The translations under genes were made by a program, and so were the position numbers. Of a DNA stretch of 64,000 bases, positions 41,406 through 51,305 are shown piece after piece. The notes below the pieces were generated by a model that saw nothing but the letters and a program-made list of their open reading frames with translations, did not search any database and was not told where the DNA came from. The stretch's first letter is position 1. Each line of letters opens with the position of its first letter. The DNA comes from Vulcanimicrobiota bacterium (GTDB taxonomy: Bacteria; Vulcanimicrobiota; Vulcanimicrobiia; Vulcanimicrobiales; Vulcanimicrobiaceae). Location: positions 32,001-96,000 of the forward strand of contig CAWAXX010000014.1 of NCBI GenBank assembly GCA_963786105.1, read 5' to 3'.

Positions 41406-42616
41406 TGTTGACCCTTTCGTTCGAAGGCAGATGCTAGCTCGCGCATTTGAGTGCGCACGTCGTGGCGCGCCGATACGAGATCGTACGCGCGCCCCGCGCG
41501 ATCGCGGGCCGCGTCCGGATTGCGATAGACGTCTGAAAGCGCTGCAGCTAACGCGTCCGGATCGTCCGGCTTCACGAGCAATCCGCAGCGGTCGTCGAGC
41601 AACTCGCCGACGCTGCCCGAATCGGTTGCGACCACCGGCACGCCGAGGGCCATCGCCTCGAGTAGCGCCGAGGGTACGCCTTCCATCATCTTTACACCGG
41701 CCGAGCGGCTCGCCAGCACGACGGCCGAGAACCACCCGAGCCGATACGCGTTGTGCAGCGCGTCGCGGGCGATGAATCCCCCGAAACGCACGGCGTCTCG
41801 AAGTTCCAGAAAATCGACCTCGGCCTCGAGTTCGGCTTGCATCGGTCCGGCGCCATACAACGTGCAGCGAACCGGGACGTTGGAACGGCGCAGTCTCGCC
41901 AGGGCGGCAAAGAGAACCTTATGACCCTTCACGGGAACGAATGCCGCCGGGCAGACGATGCGAAACTCGGCGTCGTTGGCACGCGGCGGCTTCACGCGAT
42001 CGGGCACGACGGTCCCAAGGCGCAACCGGCGAATGCGTCCGTTCAGCGCCGGCATCCTGGCTCGCAGATCGCGTTCTCCGCGGTCCGATATCGCCCGGAC
42101 GAACGAAACGCTACGTTGTTTTACGTCGAACGCGTTGCGTTCGTAAATATCCCATCGGTGGGCCGTCGCGCTCCACAGCGCGTCGCTTGCGAGTGCTGCC
42201 ACCATTGCGACCGTGGAAGGCGTCGACATCCAATACGCGTGGATGTGGTCGAAGCGATGTTCTCTGGCCCACTGCGCCAGCGCCAATGCCTTCACCAGCA
42301 CCGTAGCGTTCTTTGCGAAACCGGGATCGCGCGAGGCCATCAGCTGTCCGATTGCCCCAATCGTGGCGGCCGGCCGTTCGACCACGGTTCGTGCCGCCCG
42401 CCGCAGTAAGCTCGCGTTGACGAGCGGCCACGCGAGAACTTCGACGCCCTCGGGAACGCGATGCCGGGCCGGCTGCCGAGGCGGCCGAACCGGCGCCACC
42501 ACAACGCGATCGAAATACCGCACGAGCTCTTCGAGTTCCGACGTCAAATACGCTTCCTGAGCTCCAAACGGAAAGCGTGAGGTGACGACGATCAAGCGTT
42601 TGGCGCGATGGCTCAC
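41402..42616 (-). CDS. GT4 glycosyltransferase (WcaL-like)
   Basis: HIHAYW, TAHRWDI, VKGH, EGVPSALLEAMALGVPVVAT. Confidence 0.85.
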   Translation of the reverse strand: MSHRAKRLIVVTSRFPFGAQEAYLTSELEELVRYFDRVVVAPVRPPRQPARHRVPEGVEVLAWPLVNASLLRRAARTVVERPAATIGAIGQLMASRDPGFAKNATVLVKALALAQWAREHRFDHIHAYWMSTPSTVAMVAALASDALWSATAHRWDIYERNAFDVKQRSVSFVRAISDRGERDLRARMPALNGRIRRLRLGTVVPDRVKPPRANDAEFRIVCPAAFVPVKGHKVLFAALARLRRSNVPVRCTLYGAGPMQAELEAEVDFLELRDAVRFGGFIARDALHNAYRLGWFSAVVLASRSAGVKMMEGVPSALLEAMALGVPVVATDSGSVGELLDDRCGLLVKPDDPDALAAALSDVYRNPDAARDRAGRAYDLVSARHDVRTQMRELASAFERKGQQ

Positions 42617-43728
42617 GACTTGGATCCACACAAACGCAGGTACATCGTTCGGTGCGCGTCGGCGGTGCGCTTGATATCGTATGCCTGGCGTGCGTGCCGT
42701 TCGGCGCCCTCGGCAAGCGTGCGGCGGAGACTCGGATTCTCGCGAGCACGCTCGAGCGCTGCGGCAAGCTGTTCCGGCGCAAAGCCGTCGGCGATGAGGC
42801 CGTAGCGTCCGTGGTCGAGCATATCGGAGGCGCCTAGCCACGGTGTCGTGACGATTGGGACCTTTGCAAGCATCGCCTCGATCAACGCCAGCGGCATGCC
42901 TTCGAACCACGAACTCATCAGGAGCACGTCGGCTCCGGGCAAGATCGATGCGACGTCGGTACGGTAGCCGAGAAAGCGGACGCGGCCGGCAATGCCCAAC
43001 TCGGTCGCGAGATCGCGTAGCATGGGTTCGTTTTCGCCCGCACCCACGAACAGCAATACCGACCGCTCGCGCGTCGCCGGAGAGAGCGCGGAAAAAGCTC
43101 GCAGCGCGAGCGCGTGATTCTTTTGATATTCCATTCGCCCGACGAGCGCGATCGCGAACTCGTCGTCGCCGACTGCCAGCCGTTCGCGAGCGAGGGCCCG
43201 GTCTTCGTGGCCGTCGACCATCGTTACGCCATTTTGAATTGCGAGCATCTTGGCTGGCGGCAGGCACTCTTGGCGGCTTAGCGCGGCAACCTGCTCGCTA
43301 AAGAACGTCACGACGCGCGCGGTCATCCGATGAAGGAGCCAATCCGCCGCGCGTTCGAGCCGCGTGCGACGCACGTCGCAGGGGTTGTGCTCGGTGTGAA
43401 CGATGCATCGCGCGCCCGCGAGTAAAGCCGCAAAGCGTCCCCAGTACTTGCCCACGTGGGTGTGAGTGTGCACGATATCCGGTTTGAAGCGCCGTATTTC
43501 GCGCGTCATTTGCCAGATGAAGGCTCGGTCGCGGCGATCTCTGCGGCCGGCGTGTATCAACGGAAAAGTCAACCTTTGCCGCAATTCGGCGGGAGGCTCG
43601 TAAATCGTGAGCAGTGCGGCATCGATGTCCGGCGACGACAAGTGTCCGAGGAGATCGACGATCAGCCGCTCGGCACCGTAACCGCGGATCGACGGTAGGA
43701 TGTGGAGGACGCGCACGGCCGCGGTCAT
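42613..43728 (-). CDS. GT4 glycosyltransferase
   Basis: YGAER, DIVHTH, VGRMEYQKN, EGMPLALIEAM; ATG at 43728 overlaps the upstream TGA (ATGA). Confidence 0.88.
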   Translation of the reverse strand: MTAAVRVLHILPSIRGYGAERLIVDLLGHLSSPDIDAALLTIYEPPAELRQRLTFPLIHAGRRDRRDRAFIWQMTREIRRFKPDIVHTHTHVGKYWGRFAALLAGARCIVHTEHNPCDVRRTRLERAADWLLHRMTARVVTFFSEQVAALSRQECLPPAKMLAIQNGVTMVDGHEDRALARERLAVGDDEFAIALVGRMEYQKNHALALRAFSALSPATRERSVLLFVGAGENEPMLRDLATELGIAGRVRFLGYRTDVASILPGADVLLMSSWFEGMPLALIEAMLAKVPIVTTPWLGASDMLDHGRYGLIADGFAPEQLAAALERARENPSLRRTLAEGAERHARQAYDIKRTADAHRTMYLRLCGSKS

Positions 43729-45165
43729 GCGGCTCGATGGAAGAGAAATTCGCAGAGCGTTTGGAAGAGCACGGCGACGTCGAGATAGGGCGACCAGTTT
43801 TCGAGATATTGGAGATCGTAGGCGAGACGCTCGCCGGCCGCCGACGTATCGACGTTGCGTTTCATGTGGACGTGCGACCAACCCGTGATTCCCGGTCGCA
43901 CTAAGTGGCGCTGATCGTAACGCGGCAGCGTCGCTCGGAACAGATCGACGAACATGGGCCGCTCGGGACGGGGGCCGACCAGCGACATGTCGCCGCGCAA
44001 CACGTTGAACAGTTGCGGAAGTTCGTCGATGCTGAAACGGCGCAAGAACGCACCGATGCGGGTTTTTCGCGGATCGTTGTCGGTGGCCCATACGGCGCCG
44101 ATCGTGCTCTCCGCGTCTTGCCGCATCGAGCGAAACTTCAGAATTTCGGAAAGCCTTGCCGCCCATGCCGGCTCGCTCTTGCGAATACAAGATCGGCCAG
44201 CCGGAATCGATGACGATGGCGACTGCGGCCGCTAACATGACCGGCGAGAAGAGAATCAGGGCGAAGGTTCCAAACGCGACGTCGATCAACCGCTTAACCA
44301 GCTGAGCACGTGGCGAGCACGCGCGCAAGCGAGCCGGAACGATCAGCACTTGCCGTCCGTCGGTCTGAAGGCTGAGGTCGTAACAGTAACGGATGACCGT
44401 AGGCGGCGCGAAGGCCAACCGAATTCGCTCCGACGCGGCAACCTCGAGAACGTGCGCGAGCAGGTGCGACGGAATCATCTCGGTCAAGATGAGCGCGTCG
44501 CAACCCCACCTGCGCGCGTGGTTGAACCACTCGATGCGTTGGAGTTCCGGATCGCGACTGAGGTCGATCTGGCCGATAGCCTCGCCGATGTCGTCGACGA
44601 CGATGAGTTGGGTCTCCGCATCGTCGGGCAGCTCCAGGCTTTCGAGCACCCGGTCGATGTGGTCGGAGGTTCCGACGAGGCTAACCCTGCGGCGGCTCCT
44701 GAACCATTCGTTGTGCCGGATGCGGTGAAGCATCGCACGGGACGACCCGACCAGTACGATCGAAAACCCCAGCGCGAAGACCAGCGCGATGCGCGAGGTC
44801 GAGATCCCCGGATAGATCGTAAAGAGCACGAGCTGCGGAATCGTTCCCAGCATCAACGCCGCGGTCGTATAGTAGAGCTCGTCTTTCATCGATAAGGCGT
44901 ACGTGCGCCGATACAAACCCAAACGATCGAAAACGATCACCCACAGCGCAACGTACAGAACTTCGGCGATGAGAAGGTGCCCGACGATCCGCGGCGATTG
45001 CCAGTGATGGAAGCCGATCAGAGCGCCGAGACACGAAGCGACGACGAAAAGCGAAACGTCGCTGATCACCAAGATCGCGACCCACCTCGCCGGGAATGCG
45101 CGAGGAGCGCCTCGAGTAATCGATTTCGGTTGGGGAGCCGGGCGCTCGACGATGCGGGTTGCCAT
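43725..45165 (-). CDS. priming undecaprenyl-phosphate glycosylphosphotransferase (WcaJ/WbaP type), extra base near 44144-44149
   Basis: Four N-terminal TMs, KRLIDV, then (after frame correction) ILKFRSM, LRRFSIDELPQLFNVLRGDMSLVGPRPE, RPGITGW. Confidence 0.88.
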
Positions 45166-45241
45166 GAATGTTCAAATGATACGCGCCGGAGAGCCGGGCT
45201 CGGAGTGCCGTTAGCACTACGCGGCGTGACTCACGGAGAAA

Positions 45242-45270
45242 AGGACTCAAGTCCCTCCATCGAAGGTCCC
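45242..45270. promoter_or_regulatory. palindromic box(es) in the divergent promoter of the two polysaccharide operons
   Basis: AGGAC-TCAA-GTCCC (45242-45255) followed by a second GTCCC half-site at 45266-45270. Confidence 0.45.
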
Positions 45271-45330
45271 AAGCTTTGAGCAGTGTCGTCCTTATGGAGC
45301 GGCCTCTTCGCAGCGTACTATTTTAACACG

Positions 45331-47469
45331 ATGCCAAATATAACGCGGTTCGGGGGCCCGGCCTCGTTGACGCAGTACGAAGCGCAACCGGACCGGACCG
45401 ACGACAGACGCGACATTGAACGCCTGTATTCCGCCCTCGTAAAACGTTGGCGCGTGTTTGCCGCGGTGGCCGGTGGATTCGTCGCACTCGTTGCGATCGT
45501 CACTATTTTAACACCGAAATCGTACACGACCACGGTACGAATGCTCGCCGGCCGGTCCGATACGAACGTTGCGACCTCGGATAACAGCACGACCCTTCCG
45601 GTCCTCAACGCCCTGGTGCTGCAGAGCGGGGTGCAGTCGGCCGAAACCTTCGCTGCGCTGGCGCAGCAGCGCGATATCGCGTCGACCGTCATCAAGCAAC
45701 TCAACCTAACGATGACGCCGAAAGAGCTGCTAGGCAGAGTAAGCGTGCGCCCGATCGCTAATACCGCGCTCCTCAACCTCAACGTCAGCGGGAAGACACC
45801 CGACGAGTCCGCGCAGGTCGCCAATGCGTTCTCCGGCGCCTTCGTCGACGAGGAACGCGATTTCGTTCGTTCCGAAGCGGTTTCCGCGATCAGTTACTTG
45901 TCTAAGGAGCTGCCGAGCGCTCGCGATCACATGCGAGCGACCGCTACCCAACTCGCACAATTTCAATCGGCCCACGGTTATATGGACGCGACGTCACACG
46001 AGCAGGACGTGGTATCGCGCGTCGGCACCATCGATCAGCGCATCGACCAGTTGACCGTCGACGCGAGTGAGGCGAAGGCGCTTCTCAACAGCTCATCGAG
46101 CCAAATGGGCGCGCTCTCCAGCACCGTCGACAGCGCCCAGCAAGTGCAGCGCAACCCCGTTTCTTCCGACCTGCGGTCAAAACTCGCCGACGTCGAGACA
46201 CAGCTCGCAACGGCGCAGCAAAAGTATACGCCGGCGCATCCAGCCGTCATTGCGCTTCAGCAACAGCGCGCGGCCATCATCGCGCAAATCGCGGCCCAAC
46301 CGTCGGCCGTCATAAGCGAAACGACGGTGGCGCCCAATCCACTCTATCAGTCGTTGCAGCAGCAAGCGGCGACATATCGGGCGCGCATTCAAGGCGATCA
46401 GGCGCAAGTGCGGTCGCTACGGACGCAGCGGCGCGCCTATCGCGCCGACGTCAAGTCCCTGCCGCAACAAGCCGTGCAATTTGCCGCCATACAAGAGGAA
46501 GCAAAGCGCGCCGCCAACGTCTACAACGCGCTCGAACAAAAGTATAGCGACGCGCTGGTTGCCGGCTCGACGGCGATTAGCGACATCGTCATCGTTCAGC
46601 CCGCCAGCGCCGACGCGGCCATAAAGCGTCCGAGCTTGTCCATGAACCTGGCGATCGCGCTCGCGGTCGGTCTCCTTCTGGGGCTGGCGGTCGTCTACGT
46701 TCTCGACGTGATCGAACGCCGGGCCGCAGGCGCCAACGTCGCGGGTCTCCTGGGACTGCCGGTCGTCGCGCGCATTCCCGAGTTTGAGGTCAAGAATCCG
46801 CGTATGCTCCCGTCGGTCCAGGCGATGACCGTCGAAGCGTTCCTGCATCTCTGCGTGACGCTGCATCACACGAATAGGCGCCGTTTGAGAAGTCTCGCGG
46901 TTCTGAGCGCCCGTCGCGGCGAAGGCAAGTCTACGGTCGCGCTCAACCTCGCCAAGAGTTTATCGACGCTGAACCCGGGCGTTCTGCTGATCGACGCAGA
47001 CCTTCGCCAGCCGACGCTGCACGAAAAAGCCCAATGCCCCAATACCGCCGGTTTGAGCAACGTGCTCGACGGCTCCATGTCGATGCACGAAGCGGTCCAG
47101 CATCTCGCGCCCGGGCTCGACATCCTCACCAGCGGTCCGGATTCACTCGCGCCGGTGCGGCTGCTCAACTCGCAGTTCGAAGCCCTGCTCGGCAAAGCGC
47201 GGATGGCCTACGAGACCGTGATCGTCGACACGCCGGCTCTCTCGGCCGTATCCGACGGCCTGATGGTCGCCGCGCACACCGACGGATCGCTCCTGGTCGT
47301 CGCCGCCAACGGAACCGACGAGAGCGACGCGCGCAAGGCCGTCGATCAGCTCAAACTCTTCGGTATCGATAACGTGCTCGGCGTCGTCGTGAACAAGGAC
47401 GTGGTGACGATCAGCGATTACGACGACTATTTCGTGCGCATGCGCGCGCTGATGGCCGGGGCGGTATGA
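45331..47469 (+). CDS. wzc: Wzc/GumC polysaccharide co-polymerase with BY-kinase domain
   Basis: Two TMs flanking a coiled-coil periplasmic region; Walker A GEGKST, LIDADLR, IVDTP; short C-terminal Tyr cluster DYDDY. Confidence 0.88.
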   Translation: MPNITRFGGPASLTQYEAQPDRTDDRRDIERLYSALVKRWRVFAAVAGGFVALVAIVTILTPKSYTTTVRMLAGRSDTNVATSDNSTTLPVLNALVLQSGVQSAETFAALAQQRDIASTVIKQLNLTMTPKELLGRVSVRPIANTALLNLNVSGKTPDESAQVANAFSGAFVDEERDFVRSEAVSAISYLSKELPSARDHMRATATQLAQFQSAHGYMDATSHEQDVVSRVGTIDQRIDQLTVDASEAKALLNSSSSQMGALSSTVDSAQQVQRNPVSSDLRSKLADVETQLATAQQKYTPAHPAVIALQQQRAAIIAQIAAQPSAVISETTVAPNPLYQSLQQQAATYRARIQGDQAQVRSLRTQRRAYRADVKSLPQQAVQFAAIQEEAKRAANVYNALEQKYSDALVAGSTAISDIVIVQPASADAAIKRPSLSMNLAIALAVGLLLGLAVVYVLDVIERRAAGANVAGLLGLPVVARIPEFEVKNPRMLPSVQAMTVEAFLHLCVTLHHTNRRRLRSLAVLSARRGEGKSTVALNLAKSLSTLNPGVLLIDADLRQPTLHEKAQCPNTAGLSNVLDGSMSMHEAVQHLAPGLDILTSGPDSLAPVRLLNSQFEALLGKARMAYETVIVDTPALSAVSDGLMVAAHTDGSLLVVAANGTDESDARKAVDQLKLFGIDNVLGVVVNKDVVTISDYDDYFVRMRALMAGAV

Positions 47470-48443
47470 ACGGCGTAACGGTCATCGTACCGGCATACAA
47501 CGAAGGCCCCGAACTTGCCAACGCACTGACGGCGATGGCGACGTATTTCGCATCGCACGGCGGGACGTACGAGTTCTCATACCTCATCGTCGACGACGGT
47601 AGCGACGACCACACTTATGCGGTGGCCGAAGCATTCGCGCGGCGGCAAAGGCGAGTTCGCGTTCTCAGACACGAAGAAAACCGCGGTCTCGGCGCCGCAC
47701 TGCGGACCGCCTTCGATAACGTTTGCACCGACCTCGCGGTCGTCTTGGACGCCGACCTCAGTTATTCGCCGGCGACCGCCATGCAGCTGATCGAGGCTCT
47801 GGCAATCGAGCGCGCCGACATCGCGCTGGCGTCGCCATACGCCCCTGGCGGAAGCGTGCTCAACGTTCCGGTAATGCGCCGACTGCTGAGCCGGGAAGGC
47901 AATCGCTTCTTGTCGCTCGCGACCAACGGACGCTATGCGACCTTGACGTGTATGGTGCGCGCGTACCGCGTGGCGGCTTTGCGCCGTCTGGAGTTTCGCA
48001 GCGACCGAATGGTGGCCATCGCCGAGATGCTGCTATGCGCGCTGCGGCAGAACATGAACGTCGTCGAAGTCCCCGCAACGCTCGAGTGGAGCGAAGCGCG
48101 TCGCAACGGCGGCCGGCGCATCAACGTCGCCCGGATTTCGTCGCAGATCGGGGCGACGGTGCTTCTAGGGTGCCGCTACCGTCCCGCGCTCTGGCTCGCG
48201 CTTCCCGGGCTATTTCCCGGATTGCTGCCGCTGGTGGTCGCCCTGCTGCTCGCTTTTCGCGTAAGCCGCGCCACCTTGGCAATCGGCACTACTGCAACCA
48301 TCGTCGTCCAATACACGAGCCTCGCGCTCTTTACGGGTCAAATTACCGCGTTCATCCGACAAAAGTTTAACCAAAACCGCCGCTACCGATCGAATGGAGT
48401 AAAGAACAATAATGGCCTTAACGTTCCAACCCACACCGCATAG
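47466..48443 (+). CDS. polyprenol-phosphate glycosyltransferase-like GT2 (DPM1/ArnC type)
   Basis: VPAYNE, DDGSDD, NRGLGAA, LDADLSY; two C-terminal TM segments. Confidence 0.8.
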   Translation: MNGVTVIVPAYNEGPELANALTAMATYFASHGGTYEFSYLIVDDGSDDHTYAVAEAFARRQRRVRVLRHEENRGLGAALRTAFDNVCTDLAVVLDADLSYSPATAMQLIEALAIERADIALASPYAPGGSVLNVPVMRRLLSREGNRFLSLATNGRYATLTCMVRAYRVAALRRLEFRSDRMVAIAEMLLCALRQNMNVVEVPATLEWSEARRNGGRRINVARISSQIGATVLLGCRYRPALWLALPGLFPGLLPLVVALLLAFRVSRATLAIGTTATIVVQYTSLALFTGQITAFIRQKFNQNRRYRSNGVKNNNGLNVPTHTA

Positions 48444-49653
48444 AGCCCTACCGTCCGATCAGGACGCGTCGGGACGGACTCTGGGCGACGAAGAAATTGC
48501 CGCAGTCACCGCCGCCCTCCGAAGCGGAACGCTCACCAGCACGAAAGGCCAGTTCGTTTCGCAGCTCGAGTCGCGATTTGCTTCCATGATGGGTGCAAAA
48601 TACGCGTACGCGTGTTCGTCCGGGACTGCCGCCATCCACTGCGCGATAGCGGCGCTCGATCTCGAACCCGGGGACGAAGTGATTACGACGCCGATTACCG
48701 ACATGGGCGCGCTTTCGCCGATTCTCTATCAGGGGGCGATTCCGGTTTTCGCCGACGTCGATCCGCGCACGTGCAACGTGACCGCCTCGACGATTGCCGA
48801 TCGCATGAGCGATCGAACCAAGGCCATCGTCGTGACCCATTTGTTCGGGAACCCTTGCGAAATGCCGAAGATCGTTGCGCTCGCCAAGGACGCCGGCATC
48901 CCGGTAATCGAGGACTGCGCTCAAGCGTTTCTCTCGAGCTACAACGGACAGTTCGTTGGAACGATCGGCAGCATCGGCTGCTTTAGCCTCCAACAGGGCA
49001 AGCACATCACCACGGGCGAGGGCGGCCTCGTCGTCACCGACGATCCCCAGCTCGCCAGGCGGATGTTCCTGTTCATCAACAAAGCGTGGGGCTACGGCGA
49101 TCAGCAGCCCGATCATTACTTTCTGGCCTTGAACTACCGCATGTCGGAGTTGTGCGGAAGCGTCGCGTGCGCGCAGCTCGACAAGCTTCCGGCCGTCGTC
49201 GCGCGTCGCCGGATGCTCGCCGGAATGCTGACCGAAATGCTGCGCGACGTGCGCGGCATCGTGACCCCGACGATTTTGCGCGGCGCGCAGCACAGCTACT
49301 GGAAGTACTGCATTAGGACGGACGCCTCGCTGCCGAAAGATGCGGTACTCGAGATGGCAAAACACTTGAAGGAGCGCGGCATCGCCTGTGCGCCGCGTTA
49401 CATTCAGAAACCGGCGTTCATGTGCGAGGTCTTTGCTCGCCGTAAGACCTTCGGCAGCAGCGGATATCCGTTTAACCTCGCACGCCCCGAGGCGCTCGAC
49501 TATAACCCGGAAAGCTATCCCGGGACGCTGGCCGCACTCGAGCGCATCCTCGTCGTTCCCTGGAACGACCTCTACGACGAAGACGACGTGCAATACATCG
49601 CTAACGCAATCTCATCGGCCGCCGCCGACCTAACCTGTGAGGTAGCCTCGTGA
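48412..49653 (+). CDS. DegT/DnrJ/EryC1/StrS PLP-dependent sugar aminotransferase
   Basis: SSGTAAIH, IEDCAQA, FSLQQGKHITTGEGG, NYRMSE. Confidence 0.92.
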   Translation: MALTFQPTPHRALPSDQDASGRTLGDEEIAAVTAALRSGTLTSTKGQFVSQLESRFASMMGAKYAYACSSGTAAIHCAIAALDLEPGDEVITTPITDMGALSPILYQGAIPVFADVDPRTCNVTASTIADRMSDRTKAIVVTHLFGNPCEMPKIVALAKDAGIPVIEDCAQAFLSSYNGQFVGTIGSIGCFSLQQGKHITTGEGGLVVTDDPQLARRMFLFINKAWGYGDQQPDHYFLALNYRMSELCGSVACAQLDKLPAVVARRRMLAGMLTEMLRDVRGIVTPTILRGAQHSYWKYCIRTDASLPKDAVLEMAKHLKERGIACAPRYIQKPAFMCEVFARRKTFGSSGYPFNLARPEALDYNPESYPGTLAALERILVVPWNDLYDEDDVQYIANAISSAAADLTCEVAS

Positions 49654-50690
49654 AGAAAAAACGTTTCGCAATCGTCGGCGCCGGTGCGATCGCGCGCGCC
49701 TACGAAACCGCCTTCGCGTCCGTGGAGAACGCCGCCATCGTGGCGGTGTGCGACGTGGAAACCGCGGCAGCCAAGGAATACGCGCGGCGCGTAGGCTGCC
49801 CGGCCTATCCCACGACGCGGCATTTGCTTGCCGGCGCGGAGTTCGATGCGGCGGTCGTGTGTACGCCGCCGGTATCGCACGAAAGCATTACCTGCGAGCT
49901 CCTTCAAAACGGCAAGCACGTACTGTGTGAGAAACCGCTCGCGGTGAGCGTTGCCGCCGCCCAACGCATGGTGGCGACGGCGCGGCGTAGCGGCGCCATT
50001 CTCACGATGGCTTCGAAGTTTCGGTACGCGGCCGACGTCCGTAAGGCGCGGGAGCTGCTGGCGTCGGGCGCCATCGGGGAATTGGTTTTTGCGGAGAACG
50101 CCTTCGCATCGCACGTCGATATGCGCAATCGTTGGAACTCCAACGCCGCGGTGAGCGGCGGAGGCGTGCTCATCGATAACGGCACGCACGCGGTCGACGT
50201 CCTGCGGTATTTCCTGGGCAATCTGTGCGACATTCAGGTCGTCGAAGGGCGCCGCATGCAGGGTCTGGCCGTCGAAGACACCGTGCGGCTATTCGTCCAT
50301 AACGACGACGGCGTCGTGGGGACCTCGGATCTCTCGTGGAGCATCGATAAGGAACTCGAGACCTTCTTGAGACTGTACGGCAGCCTCGGCACGATTCTGG
50401 TCGGATGGAGGGAGTCGCGCTTTCGCCGGCGCGGAGAGAGCGACTGGCACGTTTTCGGGAGCGGCTACGACAAGATTCAGGCGTTTCGCGACCAACTGAA
50501 CAACTTTTGCGACGCGATCGACGGCACCGACCGTCTCGTCGTAACGGCTGAGGACGGGTTAGCCTCGGTCAAAGTGATTCAGGCCGCCTACGCGGCCCTG
50601 GAAAGAGCGCGCTGGGAGCGCATCGGCACGCACCTCGAAGATCTCGAGATCGTTCCGCTGCGGCTCAAGCGCGAGGCGGCGGCGTCGTAG
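49650..50690 (+). CDS. Gfo/Idh/MocA NAD-dependent oxidoreductase
   Basis: IVGAGAIA, HVLCEKP, GGGVLIDNGTHAVD. Confidence 0.9.
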   Translation: MKKKRFAIVGAGAIARAYETAFASVENAAIVAVCDVETAAAKEYARRVGCPAYPTTRHLLAGAEFDAAVVCTPPVSHESITCELLQNGKHVLCEKPLAVSVAAAQRMVATARRSGAILTMASKFRYAADVRKARELLASGAIGELVFAENAFASHVDMRNRWNSNAAVSGGGVLIDNGTHAVDVLRYFLGNLCDIQVVEGRRMQGLAVEDTVRLFVHNDDGVVGTSDLSWSIDKELETFLRLYGSLGTILVGWRESRFRRRGESDWHVFGSGYDKIQAFRDQLNNFCDAIDGTDRLVVTAEDGLASVKVIQAAYAALERARWERIGTHLEDLEIVPLRLKREAAAS

Positions 50691-50693
50691 CGC

Positions 50694-51305
50694 ATGACCG
50701 TCCACCCTACTGCGAACGTCGAACCGGGCGTCGTCATCGGACGAAACACGGCCGTTTGGGACAACGTCCATATCCGCCACTCCACGCGCATCGGCGCCGA
50801 CTGTATCATCGGTGAGAAGTCCTACATCGCCTACGGCGTCGAAATCGGCGATCTGGTAAAAATAAACGCGTTCGTGTACGTCTGTACCGCGGTAACGATC
50901 GAGCGAGGCGTCATGATCGCGGCGGGCGTCGTATTTACCAACGACCGGTGTCCGCGGGCGACCAATCCACAGTTGGATCGCTTGTTGTCTTCGGATCCCG
51001 ACGAGAAGACGCTGAAAACGTTGGTGTGCGAAGGCGCTACGATCGGCGCTCAGGCGACGATCGGACCCGGTCTGAGAATCGGGCGCTTTGCAATGGTGGG
51101 CATGGGTTCGGTCGTAACGCGCGACGTTCCGGATTTTTGCATCGTTGCGGGTAACCCGGCCAAGCCGGTCGGATTCGCCTGCACCTGTGGGCGCACCCTG
51201 GTACGCCTGACGACTGCAGAGGGCCGCCGCGAACTGCGGTGCCACACGTGCCTTGCCGAATACGTGCTCGAAGGCACGAAAGTCACCGAAGCGGCGCTGA
51301 TCTAA
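50694..51305 (+). CDS. hexapeptide-repeat N-acyltransferase (WbpD-like) with C-terminal CxC...CxxC
   Basis: Left-handed beta-helix repeats, VFTND, GSVVTRDVP, GNPAK, ACTCG...CHTC. Confidence 0.85.
   Translation: MTVHPTANVEPGVVIGRNTAVWDNVHIRHSTRIGADCIIGEKSYIAYGVEIGDLVKINAFVYVCTAVTIERGVMIAAGVVFTNDRCPRATNPQLDRLLSSDPDEKTLKTLVCEGATIGAQATIGPGLRIGRFAMVGMGSVVTRDVPDFCIVAGNPAKPVGFACTCGRTLVRLTTAEGRRELRCHTCLAEYVLEGTKVTEAALI

Noticed and set aside
42613..45165. 850-aa priming GT-GT4 fusion
   Set aside because: The middle part is out-of-frame nonsense; the true catalytic domain is in another frame and ends at the ATGA overlap at 43725-43728.
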